Source: Takakia lepidozioides (Eukaryota; Plantae; Bryophyta). From it: a stretch of DNA of 64,000 nt. The stretch spans positions 64,542,001 through 64,606,000 of the forward strand of contig CM060731.1 in NCBI GenBank assembly GCA_030704615.1, in the 5' to 3' direction. The notes beneath the pieces are model-generated. The model had not been told where the DNA came from. It worked only from the letters and a program-made list of their open reading frames with translations, and made no database searches. Position numbers and translations under genes: made by a program. Positions 50,453 through 62,000 of this stretch are shown here, piece after piece (position 1 is the first letter of the stretch; each line of letters begins with the position of its first letter).

Positions 50453-52656
50453 GTGGATGTGGAGGCCAACCTTAAGTTGCAGAAAGAGTTGGAGGAAACT
50501 CAATTTGCTCTACAGCTTGCGAAGGAAAACCTGATTGAAGCAAGTCTGGAGCAGGAGAAGTTGCATAAAATACACAAACAACAGCTATACCAATTGCAGG
50601 TGAAGCATGAGGGAAAATTGCAGGAAGTGAAGTTGCTTCATACAGAGTTGGAGGCAGTTCATTAGAAAATGACCATCCAATGTGCCACACTAACAACTAC
50701 TCTGGAGCTGACTGCATTAGAAGTTAAGAATCAAGCTGAGAGATGTTTAATGGTGGAGGCTGAGTCAGTGGAGCAGACGAAATTCATTGCTGACTTGAGG
50801 GCTATTATCCGTTGCAATGATAATACTTTTCAACAGTATAGTCAGGTTAAAGCTCAGAAGGACAGGTACATCCTTGAGTTGCAGCAAACACTCACAGAAT
50901 TACGTGCTTTTCCACAATTCAAGTAGTTGTACAGAAGCTCATGGCTTAAGAGACATGGGGGAGTGTCGGAGCTTTCGGTGACTAACAAGGCTTGGAAGGA
51001 AGCCAATAATCTGTCTGCTGTCTATGCAGCTCTGGTTGAACCTCATGTGAAGTGCATGAAGAGTTTATAGCAGCAGTTGCAAACATATAGACTCAAGGAG
51101 GAGTAGAATCTCAGTGGTGCTACACAGGACTTGGTAGATAATCATTTTTTGCAAAAATGGGTAACACAAGGGCCAGTGAAAGGGAAGACACCAAGAAAGC
51201 TCACCCAAGATGAGATGAATGATCTCAGGCTACAAGTGCAGAACATTGCCACAACCACTATAGATAATGTCTATAGTCGGATAGTTGAGTTGCAGGACGA
51301 TGTAGAGGGGCTGCAGACTCAAGTGGATGACTTGAGCTCCAACGTTGACAAAAGAGCCTTTGTTCCTGAGGAAGAGCTCATGGCTACTTATCTGCACGCC
51401 AGGACTCTGATTTTCCAATCTTCATCACAGGAGGTGCAAGACTTGCCAACAACAGGAGGGACAGTGGCGCCAATATCACAGCAACCACAGCAGATCGACA
51501 ATGTTGATACCATGGCACTGCAACAATCTGAGGTTTGGGGGGATGCTTCTTTTACCCCACCTAAGACTTCTGCTGCACTTGAGTACAATCGGGCTATGAT
51601 TATGCCCTTCAACCAAATTCCCATTGTTATGGATTTGGCTTGGAAAGAATTCAGTCCTCCAGAGTCTTTGACACACTATTACCAGATCATGCGCATTTGG
51701 TTGCCGGTGGCAACTCGGACTAAGGTTCTTCCGAATAACCGACCCATTGAGGATCACCATTTTGCACGGTACTGGTCTAAGGCAGGCACCATGCTGAAGG
51801 GATTAATTGTCTTCCAGATTGTTCATGGGTACAATATCTACACCAAGACCAAGGAGGTATCTAGTTTGGTCATGGGTTGTGGACTATACTATGCTGCTTG
51901 TTTCATTTCACGCTATCACGTTGAGCAGCAAAAGATGCAGACTTATTCCAAGTCTGAGGATCATTGGATGATACCTTCAGTTCCATCCCATACATATCTG
52001 TATGATATGAGGATCATGTTGCAGAAGGATCCCCAACTTCGTTCTTGGTTCAATTTTGCTTTGGACAACTTGGCCAAAGAAAACTTGGATCTTGACCACA
52101 TTTTTTCTAAGGGACATGAAGCCAGGAAATGGTTACACTGTTCTAATGTCATTGGCACACCCCTCACTATATAGACAATGAGCTGCGGGAGTATACTAAT
52201 TTTGCCCGCAAGAGATTGATACAAGTTTTAAAGTTTCAGCTTCCAGACATGGTGGGCCAACACCGTATGCCACGCAGGATTCCTGAGAAGCCACTTAAGG
52301 TCCGGGCACCGAAAGGCCATAGGGGGGAAGATGATTTTGATACTACTGGTACTACTACTCTGCTACTACTGGATCTATAGAGGAACCTTTTGACATGGCT
52401 GAGGACTATGCAATATAAATGGCAGAGAAGAAACGACAGGGATCTCCTATGCCTGAGAAGTTACCTCCTTATCAGCCAAAGGAAGGGCAGTCATTTCCAT
52501 TTGGTGGGCAGTCATCTCCACCAGCCAACGACAGGGCTCGGGCTCGCACATAGAGCCCTCCACGGGACTCTCACCGACAGAAGGGTCCTCGTTCACAAAG
52601 GTTTGCTGATCCTAAACAGTAAACCGTGAGGACACGGCTTTTTGAGAGGGGGAGGG
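50453..52656 (+). mobile_element. Gypsy additional 3' ORF (coiled-coil + unknown domain) and polypurine tract
   Basis: Broken coiled-coil ORFs and a 347-aa ORF (51131-52174) are followed by the PPT gagaggggggaggg immediately before TGTTAG. Confidence 0.75.
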
Positions 52657-53614
52657 TGTTAGAGGGCTACTTGGGACTTAGACGTTTTTACGGGTTCTGT
52701 GGGGTACCCTTAATTTTTGCGCAGACTTATGAATGGTAGACTGAGACCAACAGGAGTCTTAGGGGTGGCAGACGCAGGCTTTAGGGGGGGTAGACAACTT
52801 GTCACAGTCTATCACATCCAGACACAGTCTGACACAGCCCAACACAACTTCGCATAGCCAGTCACAGCCCGACACAGCTTCGCACAGCCAGTCACAGCCC
52901 GACACAACTTTACACAGCTAGTCACAGCTCGGCACAGCTTGACACAGCCTGTCACAGTGTACATGGGGAACAATTATCATTGACAGGGAACGACTGTGTG
53001 GGAACGACATCTGCAGATGAAACGTGTTACTTCAGGGGTGACGGTTAGTTAGTTAGGTGGTTAGAACAGTTTGCGGGTAGATTAGGCAGGGCGGCAACAG
53101 GAAGATGATCGCTTCTGGAGGAGGGCGACTTGTTCAAAAAAAAGGAAACGTAACGGAGAGCGGAAACAGTGAAGAAGAGATGATGACTTGATTGAGCCTT
53201 AATTCATGCAAGCTGTAAAATTATACAATAGGGTAGATTAGGGACACCATGGCATATGCATGATACATGATTGATCTTAATCCGATATTGAATCGATACA
53301 AACATACTGTGTAGAGAGACATGAGAAAAGTTATGGAATGAATGCATGATTAATTGGAACATAGTAGATACTGAAGCAATCTGATGCTTCAGTATATACG
53401 GTAAGGTAAATTGATAACATGAAGGCAAGAAGGAATACAAATAGGAAGCACAACCATGATACACTAGCTGTAGGTCATGATTGATTGTTCTGAGCGGGCT
53501 GAGTGCTTAGAGATATCCAACTCTTCTATCTTGGAGTTTCCACCTCGGATAGCGAAGGGATGGGTGAGTAAAAGCCGACCATACTGGGGAACTGGGTCAT
53601 GAATAAGATGTGAC
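52657..53614 (+). mobile_element. Gypsy LTR (approx.)
   Basis: Starts TGTTAG right after the PPT; probable end ...TGTGACA. An internal ~10-bp cacagc array lies at 52800-52960. The 3' half is homologous to 58058-58578. Confidence 0.75.
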
Positions 53615-55066
53615 AGGCATCTGGTGGGATCATGGTGGTTGGAGAATTAAAGAATTTGATGTGAATCGAATTCCCTGTGGAACTGAGAAGGAAAGATTGT
53701 CCAAACAATTCTTTCAGAGGTTCTTGGAATTGTCAAACGGTTGTAAAGAAAACATTCTTAAGAGAGTGCATGATGCTGACCCTGAGTGGGGTTTGGAGAA
53801 AGAAGTGATAAAGATTTATCAGGTGGCCTGTAGCACGTTGGTTATCAACACTGGTTTATGTGATAGCATTGCTATCCATTAAGCGAGTAGAGTTTGAAGG
53901 CTGGGAGGAAAGGAAGGTGAATGTTTATACTCATATGCATGTGGAGCTTGTACTGGTAAAGAATTGGATTCCAAAGGATATTTTGTGGATCAAACTCACA
54001 CCAAGAACAACTTTTCAGACTTGTTTGTTATATGGTTATATGGTAACGGAGACTTCTAGTATAGCCAAGGGTGCATTGAAGCTTGAAAGAAACCCAGGCA
54101 TACACGAGAGATACTACAGAAGAGAGTTTGGTTATTGCCACATTAAAGAAATGAAAGACATGGGACATGAGTGATGAAAGAGAAGCTAGACTCCAGAGAT
54201 ATTCAGCAAAAAAAGAAAGTTATCTGAAAGCTAATTATCCATATCTTTGGGAGAGAGGAATAGACATAGGGGAATCATCTGGACCTCTCACACCATCAGA
54301 GAGTACATCACCCATACCGGAAGAACTAGAGTTGGATGCCACTCCTTCTTTTTCTTTGCAAGAAAGATTAAGAGAATTGGTACAAGAAGAAGATCAACCA
54401 CGAGGTGAAAGATACATCCCTGGATAAAAGATTTGACAAAAATCTTTGATAAGAGTTGGCATGGAACACCAAAAGCAGGAACTCCAGTTTCTAAAACAGA
54501 AGATGAAGAAGGAGGAGAGGATGTGGTAGAGCCAACGGAGAGTTCAAACTCTCCAACACCATTGTAATTGAGTTACATGAGTGAAGAAGAAGAAACCCAA
54601 GGGCAAAACTTGGAAGATGAAAACAGAGAGAAGAAATTGGAAGATGAAGAGTATGAAGAAGTAGACCCAACAGCTGAGGTTGAGACTACAACCAGGACAT
54701 CCCAACCCATTGGACCTGGATCAAGTGGAGCACTTGGATCACAGGCTAACGAAGGTGTCGGCTCAGGGGGATCAAGCGAGCAGCCTGGATCTGGCTCTGG
54801 GGGGACAGGGAGTGTGGAAAGTAGTGCAACTGGAGCTGGGAATACTGTGAATATAGTGAGGCCAGTAGCAAGGAGTGCTCAGGGACCAGCACTTGGTGGA
54901 AGTTCCACCACAACTACCACAGGTCCTCAAGAACCAGCACCAGCAAGGGGGCCAGCACCTATCAGTGGGCAGGGGGTAGGGCCACAGATGGCGTTACAAC
55001 CAACACGGGCAAAACCACATTTTCCAATATATTCAGGAAAGGGGATTCTGATGTACACATGAACGA
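53615..55066 (+). mobile_element. Gypsy leader region and gag N-terminus
   Basis: Low-complexity acidic/Gly-Ser ORF ending in PHFPIYSGKG/DSDVHMNE, the start of the gag capsid motif. Confidence 0.7.
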
Positions 55067-58057
55067 AGGTCACCCTTCTCAATTTCTGCCACTACTTGCT
55101 CTGTAGTGGGGATGTCCAACCTTTCTCCTTCCACAGTAACAGACAACATGTATAATCTGAGTTACCTTTGGGGCAACCGGGTCAACTGGCTGTGGTGGCT
55201 GTGGTGGCTGTGGTACTGAGGTAACTTCTTCCTCCCTATCCAAAGGCCGTGCTTCCAGCAATAACAGCCCCTTGTGCTGCTGCTCCTCATCCTGCACAAG
55301 AGCTATGGAAAACATCATCTTGTGGTTTCCTTGTAGCTAGTGGATCTGCCACTACAGTCGCATCCCGCTTCTGTCTCTTGGACTGGTGTTGCCCCTCCAA
55401 TCCCCCTTCACCTTGTGAAGAGCCCTGCTCCTCAACTACAGTTGTGGCTGTCTCAAACACTCCCATCACCTTGCGTTCTCGCGCATCAAGTAAACAAGAG
55501 TCAAAGATAAGGCCAGACACAACGATCGAGGATTTAGCAGTAGTTTTTTGTAACCGCTTCATCTCCTCTACCAGACCATTGTACATCATCTCCGCCCAAG
55601 CTACATCCTCTCCTCTCAAGGCTTTCAGTACCTCCTCCGTGAAAGATTTGCTAAGATACTATTGGTTCTATTTCATGGCAAACAGAACGTTCAGTATTTT
55701 GCCAACTTCCCTTAACCCTGGATACTCGACCTTGGTGCAGGTGTATCCCTGGGTCCTGAAGAAACTCATTTCTTGGAATAGATCCCCTATTTGCAATCTT
55801 GCCTTGTGCTCATCCACGTTCACATTACCAGATGGCAATTCAAACAGTTGTTGCAAGTACTGCGGAGTAACCTCTATATCCACTCCCTTCACATGGGTAA
55901 CTCCTGTCTGAGGCTCAAAGTTCTGAATGAATTGGATCATCAACCCCCGATGATGCAAAGACCACTCTTTCCGTAGCAACCTTTCCAATCGCAGCTCCTT
56001 CAGCAGCTGCACTGCCTGTGGCGTAGCAATTGTCTGCTTTTGTAAAATCGTGGTGCTCTTCACTCTGAGATCCTCCATCCCCCTAATTCTCTTCATCCCG
56101 GACAAACAAGAAGGCCTTGTTTGGAATAGCTGTAGGAAAGCTTGCAGGGCGAAAAACATGAAAGTATGGTTGGCACATAATGAAACGGGTAAATGAGTGT
56201 AAGCCTATGGGGCTTGCAAATAGTGAGTGAGAGAGAATGTACTTTCAACCCGTCCGTCCTTGCGCCACTGCGTAAGAAGCAGAGCTAGCGTATAGTCTGT
56301 GATATCCGCCATAGCTATAAAGCTATAGCTTTGATTGCCCCTCCCGTCGAGACGCTGGTTATCCGGAGCAACCCCTACTCTTCCGCTCATAATTTTTTTA
56401 ATTTCTTGTTCTTGTTTCTTGAATGGAACCACTTGCATAAAATTCACGTTCCTGATTGGTCATTGCCTCAATGGGTAATTTCTCAATTTTACCCTCATAT
56501 GTTCACATTCCAAGTTGGAATGCCCACTAGGACTGCACATGTGGCAAAGGTCCCCCTTTGCCGGACGCATAAAGGGTTCCGTTACCTGCCCTCTGGATGC
56601 ATTAATGGGCCCGTAATTAGTTTCGGCTGACGTACCGAGTAGGTACTTTGACGGCCCTGTTTGTCTTCTTGCATGATGGTGCCCGCTATTGCAGTACATG
56701 CAATGCGGAGCGCTTTGCCCCTTAGGGCACGTGTTTGATTTCAAACACTCTCCCGTCTCCCTCTGTCCGCGTGGCACATTTTCCGAGTTTGACTTCCAAA
56801 CTGCCTTTACACTCACCGGCCACTTCCCTGACGTTAACCGCGTCCACCTGTCACTGACCTTATGGACTGTGCAACCTGTGTGGGCTGTGTTGGGCTGTGA
56901 CAGGCTGTGTCAAGCTGTGGTGAGCTGTGATATGTTGTGTTAAATTGTGGTGGGCTGTGATATGCTGTGTTAAACTGTGGTGGGCTGTGATATCTGTGTG
57001 TACACCCGTGTTCTCTACTATGACCATACACATTCGGCTTTACGACAAGTGCTTCATGCTCCGTTGGTGTTACCGGTGTAATTTGTGTTTGCATCCGTGT
57101 TTCAAGATGCAAATCATGCTGCAATGGTTTATCATGGATACCACTGTATGCCTTCAACTTATTGGCATTGACTCTACCAAGTATCTCTTTGTTAATGGTT
57201 TGTAACATGGCTGTATTGTTATCATACATCTTCTGTATGACATAAGGCCCGTTCCATGGTGACTTAAGCTTAGAAGCTTTAATCTTTCCCTTCTTTTGCA
57301 ACCACAGTACCAAATCACCCGTCTTAAAAGTCTTCAATTTACCTTCATCAAACTGATCCTTCCTCTTCATCTGAATTCTGGTCATGTTATCTGCTGCATC
57401 AGCACGTACTTCTTCCACATGATATAATTCATGTTTCCTTACTTTAATTGAATCCTCCAATTTCATTCTCCTTCCCCATTCAGTTCTCATGGTAGGTAAT
57501 AAGAATTCCACTGGAAGTAAAGCTTCCATACCATAAACTAATTGGAATGGTGTATACTTAGTGGTGACTTTATATGAAGTCTTGTATGACCACAAAGCTA
57601 TCAACAGCTTCGTATCCCAGTCTGTTCTGTTTGCATTGACTATCTTAGCCAAGATAGTGCATAGTATTTTGTTGGTGGCCTCTGCCTGCCCATTGCCCTG
57701 TGGGTAATAGGTTGTACTCTTCATGTGCACAATCATGAACTCTTTAGTCAATAGTTCTATGGTCTCATTAATGAAATAACTTCCCTGGTCACTGATAAAT
57801 TCCAGGGGACAGCCAAATCTTGTGAGTATGTTCTCATATAGGAATCTTGCTGTGGACTTAGTTGTGTTGTCCCTCAGAGCCTTAGCTTCTACCCACTTTG
57901 TAGTATAATCAATGGTTGTGATTATATACTTGTTCTGTGTATTCCTGGCTGGTGGGTTAATTGGTCCAACAAAGTCTAGTCCCCATTTCTGAAATGGTTC
58001 AGTAGGCATCATATGATGCAAAGCCATCTTCTCAGATCTTTGCAAAGGTCCTAGCCT
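55067..58057 (-). mobile_element. Gypsy integrase core (non-chromovirus type) and first part of the additional 3' ORF
   Basis: 403-aa ORF: PFQKWGLDFVGP, ISDQG, YYPQGNGQAE (DDE triad), W.GPY; no chromodomain. It is followed by a cacagccc array (56870-57000) and broken ORFs at 56159-55070. Confidence 0.95.
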
Positions 58058-58585
58058 ACAGTTTGCAGGTAGAATAGGCAGAGTAGCAACAGGGACGGAC
58101 GCTTCTTGGGGATCACGACTTGGTCATCGGGGAGGAGAAGGACGATCTGGAGCTGAGGGATGAATAGCGCAGTGGAGGAGGATAAACGAACTGTTGATGC
58201 TTGATTCATGCAAGCTATAGAGTTGTACTGTAGAGCAGATTAGAGACACTATGGCTTCGGCCTGATACTTGATAGATATTAATCTGATACATATTCCATG
58301 CTCACAATGTGTAGAGAGACCTGAGTGAAGCTGTGGAATGAATGGATGAGTGATTGGAACGTGGTAGATTGCTGAAGCAATCTGATACTTAAACATAGAC
58401 AGTAAGGTAACTTGCTAATATGAATGTGAGAATGAATACATATAGGAAGTACCCCCATGATACACTAGCTGTAGGTCATGACCGGTTGTTCTGAGCGGGC
58501 TGAGTGCTTAGAGATATCCAACTTTTCTATCTTGGAGTTTCCACCTCGGATAGCGAAGGGATGGGTGAGTAAAAGCCGCTCGACA
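58058..58585 (+). mobile_element. Partial LTR of the same/related Gypsy family
   Basis: Homologous to 53066-53578, including a near-identical block ttgttctgagcgggctgagtgcttagagatatccaac...gtaaaagccg. Confidence 0.85.
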
Positions 58586-59049
58586 GCAACCATTGCTCTA
58601 TATCTCACCTTTTACCCGCTCACTACTTCTGACTTTTCTCTCTCTACGAGGAATGCTGCAGCGGGGTAAGGTGAAAATGACAAAAGGTTTAAGGTTAGAA
58701 TCCCCGTGCGGGAAGTCGTTGTGCTCCATGCAGGGAGCATCAGTATACTGCAGATTGTTTGATACAACAAGCATTTATTTTTTCGAGATATGCTTGAGCG
58801 GACACATATTTACTCTGTGATTAAAAAAAACAAATGATGATCGACAGTGTGCATTGAACAAGAGTGCATATATTAGCCAACCCATTGTTCCCATTCATGC
58901 ACTTGTGGTTCTTCACTTGGTGAAGAAGAAAAGAAACTCGCAACACGTGATTAGTAACGAAGATTTATGAAATCTTCTACTTGGTCATAGCTTTCATAGC
59001 TTATGCCATATCAAACGAATTCTAATTCTACAAGGTGGGTTAAATTACT

Positions 59050-62000
59050 GCACTCTATGTGCCCCGCATCCCAAGGTCTGTCCTTGTGGATTCCAATAAC
59101 TACCCGAAAATTCATTCTGGAGAACAAACCACCTCTTTAATGCAATTGCGTTGCCCCGCATCCCAAGATCTACCCTTGAAACTCCAAGAAAGGGTGTCAA
59201 TAACCTACTTGGGTAAGAGCCCTACTGACTTCTTCCCATTGGAGAAGTTTCATTGGATTATTGCAACTTAGTTGCCCCGCACTCCATCTCGTTGTGGAGC
59301 TCCAATAACCAATGAGTCAATGGATAGGAAATACCAACATTTCTTTCTGACAAACCGGGACAAAATCCTAAAGATCTCTCCCTTAGTGGGGGAACTTTCC
59401 TTAACGTATCTCGTTGCTGTCGGGTCATCACTGCGTAGCTACCTTTTCCGGGGCTAGCTGTCGCTGTTGGAGTGGCTTCCGGCTCATTTGCAATCCAATT
59501 TACTTGGTGCCGCGTCTCCCGAGGGCGCGATGTATGATTGGGTTGTACGTTGGTCTGCTCTTGTTGAGGCGCCACCGAGGTAGACGCTTGATGTCCTCCC
59601 TGCACCCTTACATCCTGAGGGGGAGACCACGTGTTAGAAGAACCGTGGGCTATCTGAGCCGCAGGATTTGAATAAGTTGCTCGGGCAGCCTGTCCCTGAG
59701 CGGCATTGCCCCCAGAGTATGACGGACCTGCCTGATCCGGCCTAGGTCGTTGTGCTATCTGCGTTGGGGCAGCAAAATACATGTTATGCTGTTGCGGTAG
59801 AGGGTTGGATGGTTCAGTGGCATACTGATCCGGGAATGGGGCTCATTGCCCTTCCAAATTCCTCTCTACTTGCTGGATGGTGGCAGGGGCTGGTCGGTCC
59901 ACCTGCCTCCGGGGACATCTCTCCAAGGGATGGCCTCTTTGGCCGCAATGCAAACATACTATATTACTCCAACAGTCTTCTGTTGGGTGAGTGGTTCTGC
60001 CACATTTTTTACAACCTTTCCTGGATTGACTGAATTGTCGTTTTGATCTATCCTGATAAGTCGGGTTTTGGCTTACTTGCCTCTCCCGAGTGGGATAAGG
60101 ACAATGTTGAGCAGCATGCCCGGGACTGTCGCAGTTGGAGCACCATACCTTTGCCGGGTTGGGGCCGGATTCTCCTACTGGAGCAGCATTTCGATACCCC
60201 ACGTAGCTGGTGATCTGCTGGCCGATGGAGCTCATGCGATCGCCCATTGTTTCGATGGTTTTGATGAGAGATGTGACTTGCGCCTCCGAATGGCCCACCC
60301 GTGAATCAAACTGCCCAGTGGAATCTGCATACGAGTTTAGTAGGGGAAGCATTCGTATACTGTGGCACGGTCGGTGCTACTGCTGGTGTAGGGGACGTCG
60401 CCGGGGCATATGGCCGTGCTCCTACTACATATGACGGCGTATAGTGTAGAGCGGGTTGGATCACCGCTAATGGCATCGGCTCCTGCGTGGGCTCGATCGT
60501 AATGTATGATGGAAGTGCAAAGTTAGGCATCTTGGCCCGTTGTACCTGGCGATGCATGTTGTCGAACTCCTTGCCGGCTTGTATGGCATCTACCAGTGTT
60601 GCAGGTCTTTGTTGCAAAACATGAAAGTGAGTGGTCTCTCGTAATCCACTCAGAAAACAATCCTTCAGTACCCCATCACCTAGGGGGGTTAAAGGGTTTT
60701 GGAGTCGCATCAACTCCCGAAATTGCATTTCAAAGTCCGCTACCTCCTCTGTGGGGCCTTGGCGGATCCTGGCCAGTGCCATCAAGACACTGGTGAATTG
60801 GTGGACCGCTTGAAAATGATCTAAAAATGCGTCCCGAATCTACTGTCAAGTTACGAATATACCTAGCGCCTGTTGCCAATACCAAGTGGACGCCCTACCC
60901 CTCATGGTCGTGGGAAACCATATCAACCCATAGGCATCGTTTAACGCTTGGTTAGAATAGCAACACTGAATAAAGTTTTCACATGATACTCTGGGTTTTC
61001 ATGTGCTTCCCCGGAAAACCAAGGCAAATGCCTGGGTAACGTTAACGGGGGCAGGCCTGCTGGGACCACAATAGGTACCTCAGGAGGTCCTGGAACATGT
61101 GCCATAACTGATACTAACGACGGCGAAGGGCTCCTTGACCTGGCCGGTGGTGTATAAGGGGGACTAGATACAGGGGAAACCACTCGTGAACACTCGATCT
61201 CTGAAGAGCTGTCAGTGTTCTCTCCTTCCCACTCTATCTTACCCAAACTTCTAGTTTCTGAGTCTGATTGTGGACTCAATGTTGGGTGTTTCCCTAGCAG
61301 TTGATCTCTGACGGCTTCTCGAGCCAGTCTCCTTTGCAACCTAGTATCAAAGGATATGCTATCCAAGCTTGGGAGTGTGGCTCTTGATCCTGAGCTAGAC
61401 ATACACTCAATGTTGTGCTGATGAGGATTCTCCTACCTCAGCCTGTACTAAATGACCTATATTACCTTGAACAACCATGTCAAGAGTAAACGAGGTCAGA
61501 ATTAAATACCTTCCATGGAACCTTGGCGATGGAGGCACGTCAATGTGCAACTTCACGTGATTTACCCAGTCTTCGGGTGGTCGGGGCACGTTGCAGTACC
61601 TACACTCATCCAACCTGCGCATAATGGGATGCCAGGAGCCGACATACGCGGCAATGAGTGAAGAAGTCTACCTGCCACCGTAGATGTGCCACAAAAGAAG
61701 ATCTGGGGTGCAATGCTCCTAGATAAATTCCAGGGCATGAACAATACGCCCAGTTGAGCCTGTCATTACACCAATAGAAATGCTCTGGTGCATTTGCTTC
61801 GAGAGTTGCTCACACCAAACCCTTTCGTTAATCCACCGCTAATCGCTCGATGTAAGCTTCTATGATAAGTCGAATCTCTGGCTCATGTTGCCAAAATCTG
61901 CTGCGAATCCTTTTGACCCTAGCTTCAAAAATCATACCCACCTTAGAAGTTCATGCAGAAAAGATTTTTATCACTGCAGGACACGAGGTGGATGACACTG

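Noticed and set aside
48535-58590. Target-site duplication or PBS defining an outer LTR element
   Set aside because: The flanks (ctgta versus gcaac) do not match, and no convincing tRNA complement follows 53614.
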